62,279 bases of DNA, from positions 1 through 62,279 of IMG/VR virus record IMGVR_UViG_3300035338_000024; one strand, 5' to 3'. Below are positions 38,532-48,000 of the stretch, piece after piece (within the stretch, counting starts at the first letter, position 1; every line of letters begins with the position of its first letter). Below the pieces are notes generated by a model that worked only from the letters and a program-made list of their open reading frames with translations, made no database searches and was not told where the DNA came from. The DNA comes from a virus. Lineage: Duplodnaviria > Caudoviricetes. Made by a program: the position numbers and the translations under genes.

Positions 38532-40865
38532 ATGCGCAAGCCGCATGCTATCGTCCTTCTGGCCTTGACCGTCGCTATCCTGGCGGCAGCTGCAGCCCAG
38601 GCCTTTCAGCCCGTCCTGCTGGGAAAATCCCTGTCCTTCCGTGGTGGTAAGCTCTACCGCTACGAGATTCCCTATTCCATCCGGCTGCACACTAACCAAT
38701 ATCTAAACCGAGCGGCCTGGGGGTCCACCAGCGGTAACACCCAGTTCACTTTCCGCACCATGCTGCGCCGCGGGAAACCGGATAGCGGCACTGCCTCCTA
38801 CACCCTGTTCAATGCCTATCTGGCAAGCAACATTTACCTGAACATCCGCATTTATCAGGACCGCCTAAGCCTCTACTTCAACAACGGCGGCACCACGGCA
38901 GCCCTGGCTGATACGGTCCATCTGCTGCGGGACTCTGGTTGGTACGACGTGGAGGTCATCTACGACTCTCCGAATGCCACCCAGGCTGATCGCCTGCGCT
39001 TCTACATCAACGGGGTGCGGCAATCCCTCAACGGAACCCCCACCTATCCGAGCCTGAGTTACGGGAGCACGGTTTCCTACGCGGGTTCAGTACCTTATGT
39101 CGGAAGCTTCGACGCCTCCACTCACTATTTCGACGGATACCTTGCGGATACTATCCTCGTCACCGGGGCGGCGATAGAGCCAAGCTCATTCGGAGAATTC
39201 AAAGGCAACCTATGGGTTCCCAAGAGCTACGCCGGGCCATACGGGGTAGGGGGATTTCATCTGAAGTACGATCAGGCCGGAACCCTGGGTCACGACAGCG
39301 CCGGGATCGGGAACTTCGCCCCGGGCAATTCTCCGGTTCAGACAAAGGACACGCCAACCAACCGATTCGCCATTCTTGACTCTCTTCGCCCCGCAACGAG
39401 CTCCGTAGCCGATGCTGGAACAAGGTTTGCCGGCACCAACACCGACCACGGCACCAGAGCGTTAGACTTGCCCATCCCCACCACCGGGAAATGGCAAATC
39501 GAAATCAAGCCCCTCCTCGATCTCTATACGCCGCCTTACGACCTCGTTGGAGTGATTAACGATAGCCACCGCTGCCTGTCTTCGCTCACCACTGCCGGGG
39601 CGTGGGCCTACTATAGCCGCTTAGGTACGTTCTTCAACAACGGCACCAGTGAGACCTACGGGGCCACCTGGGGGCAGAACAACATCATCGGCGTGGTATT
39701 CGACGCGGACACCGGACAGCTTGAATTCTTCAAGAACGGGGTATCTCAAGGGGTGGCCGCCACACTCCCGACCGGCGTACCTTATTGGTTCGCCTTTGGT
39801 ATGGTCGCGGACAGCAAGCGGGACAACTTGACCATCAACAATGGGTCGGTGGCGTTCAGCTACCCGGTTTCCGACGCCCAGCCTCTATGTACCTCCCTAA
39901 TGCCTGAGCCTGCCATACAGGATTGCGAAAGGGCATTCATCGCGATTCCCAGAACCGGTAACGGGGGCTCCTTCTCCCATTCCAACCTACTGATGGCCCC
40001 ACGGATGGCGTGGCTGAAGCGCCGGGACCTGGCAGGTCACCCTTTCATCTTTGACGCAGAGCGTGGTGTGGGCCGCTACCTGATGACCACGAGTGTCAAT
40101 GAAGACGGTACGGGGTATCCGAGCGAGGGTGTCACTTCATTCAATCCGGATGGCGTCTCCATCGTTAACGGAGCTGGCCTAGAGTTGGGCGTTAATGGCT
40201 CGACCTACATCGACTGGCTATTTTCCATGCTACCGCAGCATGGGGCGCAGGCCATCAAATTCACCAGGGCCACCGCAGGGGTGGAAACCGTAAACCATAA
40301 CCTCGGTGCGGCCCCGGAGTTAATCATCCTCAAGCGGATTGCTGGTGGAACCCAAGATTGGTTTGTCGGATGCGAATTTATCGCGGCCGCCTTGCCCTGG
40401 GACTACCACCTCAAACTCAACACGAACGATGCGAAGATTGCTACCGCCGGGTGGAACAACACGCCACCTACCGCCTCAGTGTTTACAAACGCACGTGGGG
40501 CTGCAGGAGATGTGTTTATGTCCTACCTATTTAGGTCAACCCCCAACCTCGTTAAAGTCGGCTACTGGGATAGCATCGCCAACGCCGACGGGCCTTTCAA
40601 CTACTGCGGTTTTCGACCCGCATTTCTCCTCTACAAGGCGGCCAGTGCCACGGGGCGTTGGTACATGGTCGACAGCAAGCGCAATTCCGAAAACCCGACA
40701 ACTCGTACTCTCATGGCAGATGATTCGGCGGCTGAAGCTTCCGGAACCTACTTCATAGACTTCGTTTCCAACGGGTTCAAAATCCGTTGGGCACAGACGG
40801 CCGGAAATCGTTTCATCTATCTCGCCATTGCCGAACAACCCCTGAAGTACGCCAACGCCCGCTAA
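38532..40865 (+). CDS. Tail fibre/receptor-binding protein (LamG- and SPRY-like domains) with N-terminal signal peptide
   Basis: DRLRFYING, YFDGYLAD, YGVGGFHL, IIGVVFDADTGQLEFFKNGVSQG, YCGFRPAF, FVSNGFKIR. Confidence 0.8.
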   Translation: MRKPHAIVLLALTVAILAAAAAQAFQPVLLGKSLSFRGGKLYRYEIPYSIRLHTNQYLNRAAWGSTSGNTQFTFRTMLRRGKPDSGTASYTLFNAYLASNIYLNIRIYQDRLSLYFNNGGTTAALADTVHLLRDSGWYDVEVIYDSPNATQADRLRFYINGVRQSLNGTPTYPSLSYGSTVSYAGSVPYVGSFDASTHYFDGYLADTILVTGAAIEPSSFGEFKGNLWVPKSYAGPYGVGGFHLKYDQAGTLGHDSAGIGNFAPGNSPVQTKDTPTNRFAILDSLRPATSSVADAGTRFAGTNTDHGTRALDLPIPTTGKWQIEIKPLLDLYTPPYDLVGVINDSHRCLSSLTTAGAWAYYSRLGTFFNNGTSETYGATWGQNNIIGVVFDADTGQLEFFKNGVSQGVAATLPTGVPYWFAFGMVADSKRDNLTINNGSVAFSYPVSDAQPLCTSLMPEPAIQDCERAFIAIPRTGNGGSFSHSNLLMAPRMAWLKRRDLAGHPFIFDAERGVGRYLMTTSVNEDGTGYPSEGVTSFNPDGVSIVNGAGLELGVNGSTYIDWLFSMLPQHGAQAIKFTRATAGVETVNHNLGAAPELIILKRIAGGTQDWFVGCEFIAAALPWDYHLKLNTNDAKIATAGWNNTPPTASVFTNARGAAGDVFMSYLFRSTPNLVKVGYWDSIANADGPFNYCGFRPAFLLYKAASATGRWYMVDSKRNSENPTTRTLMADDSAAEASGTYFIDFVSNGFKIRWAQTAGNRFIYLAIAEQPLKYANAR

Positions 40866-40952
40866 TGAAGAATTTCCGTGCGCTGAAAATTTACCTTGCA
40901 AAGACGAAACAGCCCACTACGGGTGGATTGGCGCGGCAGGGAGGCACAGGCC

Positions 40953-41516
40953 ATGTTCCGACTGAAGCAAAACGTCCTCGTGGAGCGCGGTGGCCGCTGG
41001 GTCCATGTGGCCGACATCCCGGGTCCCGAGAAGGTAGCCATCGACGGGGTGGTCTTCGGCCCCGAGGTCTTCCAGCGGCCCCCGGCGGTTCTCGCCGGTT
41101 GGGGGATCAAGCCCATCGTCACCACTCCCTTCGATCAGGCCCACTACGTTAGCCAGAGCCAGACCGAAGTGGAGACGCTGGAAGAGGTCCGCGTCACCCA
41201 CGCGGTTTCCCCCCGCTACGAGGTTCCAACCCTGCGGGCCATCAAGATCGACACGGCGAACGCCCTCGCCCAGCAGCTGGGGGATCGCCTGAACCGCTTT
41301 ACCCTGGCCGCCGTGGACAACCCAGCCGGGCCTATCGCCGGCCGGTTACGCCGCGGGATGCAGGCCATCCGGCAATTCCTCGACACCGTGGAAGCGGAGG
41401 TCAACGCCATCACCGACTACGAGGCCCTGGTGGCCTACGACCCGGAGGCAAAGCTGCCCAAGTTGGAGATCGCGGACGACGTGAACCTTTTCCAGGAGAT
41501 GAGGAGGGGAGGGTAA
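40953..41516 (+). CDS. Putative tail fibre-associated protein/chaperone
   Basis: GGGAGG RBS; follows fibre gene; LAGWGIKP motif. Confidence 0.55.
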   Translation: MFRLKQNVLVERGGRWVHVADIPGPEKVAIDGVVFGPEVFQRPPAVLAGWGIKPIVTTPFDQAHYVSQSQTEVETLEEVRVTHAVSPRYEVPTLRAIKIDTANALAQQLGDRLNRFTLAAVDNPAGPIAGRLRRGMQAIRQFLDTVEAEVNAITDYEALVAYDPEAKLPKLEIADDVNLFQEMRRGG

Positions 41517-41520
41517 TCCA

Positions 41521-41934
41521 ATGGATATGAGCTTCACCCAGGATCCCCGCTACCACCAGCAGGTACTGCGGTTGGCCCGTTCCGATCCCTACGAGCAGGC
41601 AGCCGTGGATACCGTAATCGCCGATCAGGCCTTCGCGGACCAGGATATGCGCCGCCGGCTGGCCCTCATGCGCCTGGCTGGCGCCAAGTTGGCCCAGGAC
41701 GCGACCTTCAGACGGACGAAGGAGAACCTGGCCTTCAGCAAGGAGGTCGCCACCAGGCGGACCAAGATGGCCAAGCAGCAGAGGGCAGATGACAACCTGG
41801 CCCTGAACATCGGCACTGGCGTTGCGGCCCTGGGGGCCGTGGGTAGCGCCTACCTGGGGCACCAGAGCAAGCAGGCTGACCTATCGCTAGCCCGGGCCCA
41901 GGAGGAACGCCGCAAGGCCATTTTCGGAGCGTAA
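41521..41934 (+). CDS. Putative internal virion (ejection) protein
   Basis: Helical with G/A-rich hydrophobic segment; position. Confidence 0.55.
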   Translation: MDMSFTQDPRYHQQVLRLARSDPYEQAAVDTVIADQAFADQDMRRRLALMRLAGAKLAQDATFRRTKENLAFSKEVATRRTKMAKQQRADDNLALNIGTGVAALGAVGSAYLGHQSKQADLSLARAQEERRKAIFGA

Positions 41935-41949
41935 GGCGGGAGGTCCACC

Positions 41950-42651
41950 ATGTCGCGTCAAATGTCAATGGTCATCGGCCGCAAGATTCAGCCCAACTAC
42001 ATCGCGGCCCTGAATGCCCGGTCGCCGATGGTCTATCAGCAGCAGGCAGCGGCCGACGAGCGGGCGCACCAGTCCCGCATGGAAAAGCTCCAGAAGAAAT
42101 CCGACGCATTCGAAAGGGCATCCACACGCGAACAGCTTGAGCTTCAGGAGGAAGCCCTCAAGGACGCCCGTCGGCGGGGGCTGATAGGAGCAGGTGTCAG
42201 CCTGGGGGGCCTGGCGGCGCAAACCTACTTCTCCACCAAGGGCGCCAACGAAACCAAAGCCCTGGCCGACGAGATCTCCCGGAACACCCAGGACATTGAC
42301 CGCAGCGGATCCAGCATGCCGTCCCAACCGCACGGCGGCGGCCAGCCGGCAGGCGGCGGGATCTTCCGGCCCGAGTCCGGGGGCGCCGGGTCCGGCGGTT
42401 CGAGCTTCCTTACCGGCTTGAAGGACAACGCCGGCTCAATTCTGATCGGGGGCGGCGCGGGTCTGGCGGCCTCGATGCTGGGCAAGAAGCCCCTGGAGAA
42501 GGCGGCCATTGGCGCTGGCACGGGCGCCCTCACGGGCTGGTTGGCGTCTGGCGGGGCGAGGAAACTTATTTCCGGCGAGGGCGGGGGTGGCAGCATCCTT
42601 GCCTCTGCCGCGTCCGCTCTTGTGGGCGGGCTGGGAGGTCTCTTCTCATGA
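41950..42651 (+). CDS. Putative internal virion (ejection) protein
   Basis: Coiled coil plus glycine-zipper segments. Confidence 0.6.
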   Translation: MSRQMSMVIGRKIQPNYIAALNARSPMVYQQQAAADERAHQSRMEKLQKKSDAFERASTREQLELQEEALKDARRRGLIGAGVSLGGLAAQTYFSTKGANETKALADEISRNTQDIDRSGSSMPSQPHGGGQPAGGGIFRPESGGAGSGGSSFLTGLKDNAGSILIGGGAGLAASMLGKKPLEKAAIGAGTGALTGWLASGGARKLISGEGGGGSILASAASALVGGLGGLFS

Positions 42652-43727
42652 TCGCACCCGAACGCACCCCCATGTCCACCATGATGAACTACTCCCGGCA
42701 GATGTCCGGAAACGTGGGGCGGTTCTCCACCGTTCCAATGACGCGGACATATGGCGTTGACGCCCCGGTTGCTCCACGAGTGCAGGCCGCCGAGGCAGAT
42801 CCCGCCCCCCAGCCTGTTGCTCCCGCTGTGCCCGCGGCAGCCGTCCCGGGAGCGGTGGGCGATCCCAACGCGGACCCAGCCCCAGAAGGTCCGCAGATGG
42901 ACACCTCCAGCTTCAGCGGCTACGCCACTGACCGCCTGGGCGAGATCGGCGGGGCCCGGAGCAAGATGGGGGGCTTCGGAATGGATCGGGCGAAGTCCGC
43001 AACCTTGGCCGGATTGACGGCGGGCCTCTTGGGGGCTGACGTGCCCGCCGCTATGGTATCCGGCGCCATCCCTGGTCCCATGGGAATTGCCGGAATCACC
43101 GCGGAAAGTTTGGCCCACGCCACCGGGGTGGCGGCCACGAAGGACAAGATTGGTGCCGACTTGGATGCCCTCGGATACAGCGAGGCCGAAAAGAGGTCCC
43201 TTATGGAATCCACCATCAAGGACTTGGACACGCCGGCCCAGGCCGCTCACGCCTTGCAGGATCCCGAGGCCGTCATGGCTGACCCGAAAGCCGAAAAGGC
43301 CCGGCAAGCGATCACCAAGCACACCAGCGAGCTTGATACCAGCATGACGGGCATGCTGGGACGGTGGGGGAAAGCGGTTGCCGACCTGTTCAGCGGGTCC
43401 GTGAATGCAGACAAGGGCATAAACCAGGGGCCTGACAAGGTGGGGGACCCGTCCATGGGAATGGGGCCGGGTATCGGCAACTACGGTGTTGGGGAGGTCA
43501 GTGGCCTGAGCGGAATGGGGTTTGATCGAAGTCCAGGGGTCGACATAGGCGACCACGCTGCAGGCCTTGCTGGAGGCTTGGGCGGCCGCGGGTTCGGCCC
43601 GGGAGGTTCAGATGTGGGCGGCGGCTCAAGCACGGGAAGCGCCAGCGGCAGCTCCGGTGGAGGTTTTGGCGGTGGTTATGGCGATCCCAGTGGAAACGAA
43701 GGATTTGGAGGTCATTCAGTATATTGA
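42648..43727 (+). CDS. Putative internal virion protein, Gly-rich C-terminus
   Basis: ATGA overlap; low-complexity G/S tail. Confidence 0.55.
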   Translation: MIAPERTPMSTMMNYSRQMSGNVGRFSTVPMTRTYGVDAPVAPRVQAAEADPAPQPVAPAVPAAAVPGAVGDPNADPAPEGPQMDTSSFSGYATDRLGEIGGARSKMGGFGMDRAKSATLAGLTAGLLGADVPAAMVSGAIPGPMGIAGITAESLAHATGVAATKDKIGADLDALGYSEAEKRSLMESTIKDLDTPAQAAHALQDPEAVMADPKAEKARQAITKHTSELDTSMTGMLGRWGKAVADLFSGSVNADKGINQGPDKVGDPSMGMGPGIGNYGVGEVSGLSGMGFDRSPGVDIGDHAAGLAGGLGGRGFGPGGSDVGGGSSTGSASGSSGGGFGGGYGDPSGNEGFGGHSVY

Positions 43728-43742
43728 CAAGGCCGAATTCAA
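43724..43742 (+). promoter_or_regulatory. Putative late promoter/regulator box, copy 2
   Basis: TTGACAAGGCCGAATTCAA. Confidence 0.55.
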
Positions 43743-43779
43743 GGGCCGGCAACATGAACCCCAGGGAAGGGCACACCAT

Positions 43780-45030
43780 ATGACCTACGATCCGATCATC
43801 AGCCAGGTGAACCGTCTGGGGGACACGCTGCGCGAAGGCCAGGAGGCAGAGGGCAAGCGCGCCCTCATGGCCTACCAGATGCGCCGGCAGGCTGACCAGG
43901 ACGCGCTCGCCGCTCCGGGCCTGAAGCTGCAATCGGCCGAGGCCGCCGACGAGCTGGCCAAGCGCGAGGCCCCCGTTCGCGTCTCCCACATCTTCGGAAC
44001 CGACGAGGCCATGGAGTTGGCGACCTGGAAGCCCGGCATCGGCGGCGACAAGGACACCGGCAAGGTGGAGAAGGGGGAGCCTTCACTCCTGCGGAAGTTT
44101 GGCGACATGTTCGACGCCGAGGTGGACGTGGACCCCCAGAGCGGAACCTATGGCGCCTTCGTGAACAAGAAGACTCGGAAGGCCCTGACCCATGCCGAGG
44201 TCAACCGGCGGGCCGGCGAGGTCGAAGCCCTCTTCGTGGCCAACATGGGCCTGAACCGCACCATGGAGACCATGGCCCGCAAGATGGACGAGCGGCACAT
44301 TGCCATCGGTAAGGCCGTGGTGGCCGGCCAGATGAGTTCCCAGGACGCCGCAAACGAGCTGGAGGGGCTGCGGGCCGCCCGGGCCGAACTGCGCGAGCTA
44401 CAGAACGACCCCGCCCGGCAGATCGAGCTGCTGGAGCAGAAGAAGGCCTACCTCTCACAGTTTTCCGGCAATGAGTTCGAGAAGGCCATCGCCCGGGTGG
44501 ACAAGTCTATCGACGAGCGCCGCAAGGCCCTGGAGCGCCAGCAGGAGCAGGGTGCGGAGTTCGAGCACCGGGAGAAGCTCACCGACAAACAGATCGCGGC
44601 CGACAAGACCCTGGCCGACCGGAAACACGGCCAGGATAAAGAGCTTTTGGCCATGAGGCTGTCCGGGGAAAAGAGCATCGAGCGCATTCGCGCCCGGAAC
44701 CAATCGAAGGAAACCATGCCGGCCGAGGTCAAGCTGGCCGAGTGGTACGCCCAGAAGAAGGGGATCCCCGCCGACAAGGCGTGGGAAACCATCACCGCCC
44801 AGAAGAATTTCGGGGAGGCCGTCAAGGCCTACAACGATTACATCGAATCCAAGTGGGCCCCGGGCCAGACCGTGGAGGAGGCCGCCGCCATCCAGGAGCA
44901 GGCCCGCAGCCTGTTTCTCTCCAAGCTGCCGGGCATGGACCAGCCGACAGCACCCCCGCCCAAGCAGAAAAGCTGGAAGGACGTCTACAACCAGATGCAG
45001 CAATCCACCCAGCCGGGCGGGGGCGAATAG
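43780..45030 (+). CDS. Putative ejection protein (coiled coil)
   Basis: ATG at 43780; long helical protein directly before giant gene. Confidence 0.65.
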   Translation: MTYDPIISQVNRLGDTLREGQEAEGKRALMAYQMRRQADQDALAAPGLKLQSAEAADELAKREAPVRVSHIFGTDEAMELATWKPGIGGDKDTGKVEKGEPSLLRKFGDMFDAEVDVDPQSGTYGAFVNKKTRKALTHAEVNRRAGEVEALFVANMGLNRTMETMARKMDERHIAIGKAVVAGQMSSQDAANELEGLRAARAELRELQNDPARQIELLEQKKAYLSQFSGNEFEKAIARVDKSIDERRKALERQQEQGAEFEHREKLTDKQIAADKTLADRKHGQDKELLAMRLSGEKSIERIRARNQSKETMPAEVKLAEWYAQKKGIPADKAWETITAQKNFGEAVKAYNDYIESKWAPGQTVEEAAAIQEQARSLFLSKLPGMDQPTAPPPKQKSWKDVYNQMQQSTQPGGGE

Positions 45031-48000
45031 ATGGACGAGATCGTCAAGGGCTGGCTGCAGGACCCTGAGTTCCGGCGCCTGGGCGCGGAGCAACAGCGGT
45101 CCATCGTTGGCCACCACTTCGACACCGACTATGCCGACGATGAGTTCAGGGCCCTGGCAGCCGACGAGCAGGCCCGGGTGCGGGAGTATTTCCTCGCGCA
45201 ATCCGGCCTGAAGCCCCCCGCGCCGCCCCCGCCCAGGATGGCACAGCGGCTTCCCACCCAGCGCCCCGGCGCGGGGGTGGGTGCCAGCGCCCGGCCGGTT
45301 CAGACCCGGGAGCTGGCCACCGATCCCGAGTTGCCCGAGAACCGGCGTATGCGGGAACTCTCCCAGGGGCCGGCGGCGCGACTGGCCGGCGACCTGGAAC
45401 AGGGGATGCTCCAGGTGAACCTGGGGCGCCTGCGCTCCCGCCAGGTCTACGACGGCGACGACACTCCCGAGGTCCGCAACGGGATCGCCAACATCAAGGC
45501 CCAGATAAGGCCGCCGGCTGAGAATGTCGGCACCGTGGAAAGCTTCCTGGGTTCGGCCTTCCGCATGTTGCCCACCATGGGTGCCACCATGTGGACCGGC
45601 GCCAAAGCGGGCGCGAAGGAGCTTCTGCAGCATCCCGAGGCCCCGGCCCCGGCCTTCGCCAGGGGATTCCAGCTGAGCGCGGCCATGGAAATGGGCCGCA
45701 TCGAGGCGGGCCTCGCCTACGATGAGCTGCTGGAGCTCCGGGACGACCGAGGCAACGCCATAGACCCGAAGGTCGCCCGTCTGGTGGCAGGCGGCGTGGG
45801 CGCGGTCAACGGCCTGATCGAGGTGGCGCAGATCGGGTGGCTGGCCAAGGCCTTCCCCGGGGCGCAGTCGGTCGCCACCCGGGCCATCGCCCGGGGCCTG
45901 GCCAAGCTGGGCCAGAGCGGAGCCCTGAAGGCTGCGGCCGCACGCGCTTCGAAAGTGGCCGGCAGCATCGCGGGCCGCAACGCCATCAAGTTTGGGGAGT
46001 TCCTGGCCGGCGAGGTGGCCCAGGAGGTCACCCAGGAGTCGGCCAACATCGTCGGCGCCTTCGTCGCGGCTGAGATGGACGCCGAGATGAACGCGGCCGG
46101 CATCCCCGAGCTTCAGCGGGCGGCCATCATCGAGCGCCTGAAGGAGACCGCCGTCGAGAGCGCCAAGGCCTTCGTCGTCATCGGAGCGCCCGGTGCTGCC
46201 GTCTCCGTCGGCCACGACGTGCAGCACTCCCTGAAGAACCCCGGCGAGGAGGCGTCCACCCCCGAGGACATTATCCTGGGGCGCCCCGCCGGCAGCGCAC
46301 CGCCTTCAGCGCCCCCTGTCGGCCCCGACGGCGGCACTCGCCGTGCCCCCATGCGCATGGCCTCCGAGGCCCCGGCGGCCGACTCCTTCATGCCGGAAGC
46401 CGCGGCACCCCCAGCCGTGTCACCGATCCCTGCGGCACCCCCTGGCCCCGGAGCCCCGCCAGCAGCCCCCGTGTCCGCGGGGGCCTTGTCTCGCCTCGCC
46501 GTTCCAGCGCCTCCGAGGACCCCTGCGGACGTGGCCCTGGACGAGGACGATGCCCTGGCCGGCGCCGATCCCCGGGAGGTGGACCGCCTGGCCGCCCAGG
46601 CCGAGCAGGAGAAGCAGGCCGAGGTTGCCATCCAGGCCAACGACGCCGCCACCAGCCTGCAGAACGACCGGCCAGAGCCCACCGAAGGGCAGAAGAAGGC
46701 CGGCAACTACAAAAAGGGGCACATCAACGTTCTGGGGTTCGACATCACCGTCGAGAACCCGGCCGGCTCCACCCGCAGCGGGAAGGCGCCGGACGGGACC
46801 GAATGGGAAGTCGAAATGCAGGACCACTACGGCTACTTCCGCCGGTCTCTGGGAAAGGACGGCGATCAGGTGGACGTCTTCCTGGGCCCGGCGGTCAACA
46901 CTCCGAAGGCCTTCGTCATCGACCAGATGGATCCCAACACCGGGGAGTTTGACGAGCACAAGGTCATCCTGGGGGCCGCCAACGCCCAACAGGCCCGGGA
47001 GATCTACCAGCGCAACTATGAGGAGGGGTGGAACGGCTTCGGCGGCATGACCGAAATGGAGCCAGCGCAGCTGAAGGCCTGGCTGGGGGACGGCACCCGC
47101 AAGAGGACCCCGCTCGATCCCTCGGTTCCGGTAAAGGCCGTCAAGTCGGCGGCGACGGTCGGCGGGATGGCCTTCACGGACAAGGAGGCCGCGGCGCTTG
47201 AGGCCGCCAAGAAGGCCGACGCCCTGGCCAAGGCCAACAGCAACGGGGAGACGGCCCGGAAGGTGGCCGCCGGCTTGGGGATCGAGTTCAACGGGGTGGA
47301 CCCGGCCGCGCAGTACCTGTTCACCGACCCTGTTACGGGCGACACCTTCGCCGTTTCCAAGCTGGGGGACGCTCACAAGCGCTTGGCCGAGCTGCGGGCC
47401 AAGAAGGGGGTTCCCGCGCCGGCGCCGGAAGCGCTGGCTGTTCCCCAGGCCCCGGACGGACTGGAATCGATCCTGGACGAGATCCGGAAGAAGGGCGCCG
47501 AGCAACGAGCCAAGGAGGAAGCCGAGGCCCGCACCGGTGCCGAGCCTGAAGCGCAATCGGGCGCCCCGACGCCCAGCACTGATTCGACACCTGAGAAGAT
47601 CCCCAAGCCGAAGCGTCAGCGAGCGAAGCAGGCCCCCATCACCGTCCGTGGCTGGATCAAGAAGATGGGCGGAATCAACCCCGTGAACATGGCCGCCGAG
47701 TTCAAGGAGGCGGCCGTGGCAGTCAAGATGCTGCTTCGGAAAAACGGCACCCCATACGATAAGATTGAAACAGCCTTAAAATCAGAAGGTTATCTCCTCG
47801 AAGGTGAAAATCTGCTTGACCTTCTGATTGGCGATCACGAACGGGCCAAGGAGGTCCTGAAGCGCCGGAACACCGACATTACTGCGCGTAGTGGCGACGA
47901 CCTAACCCACAAGGAGAAGCAACTCCTATCGCAAATGGAATACGAGCCCGAGGATCCTCCCCCGGGCGAGTACGTCCAGGTCAATGCCGAAGACCTCCCC

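Noticed and set aside
38532-41516. Diversity-generating retroelement acting on the tail fibre
   Set aside because: No reverse transcriptase and no TR/VR repeat pair seen
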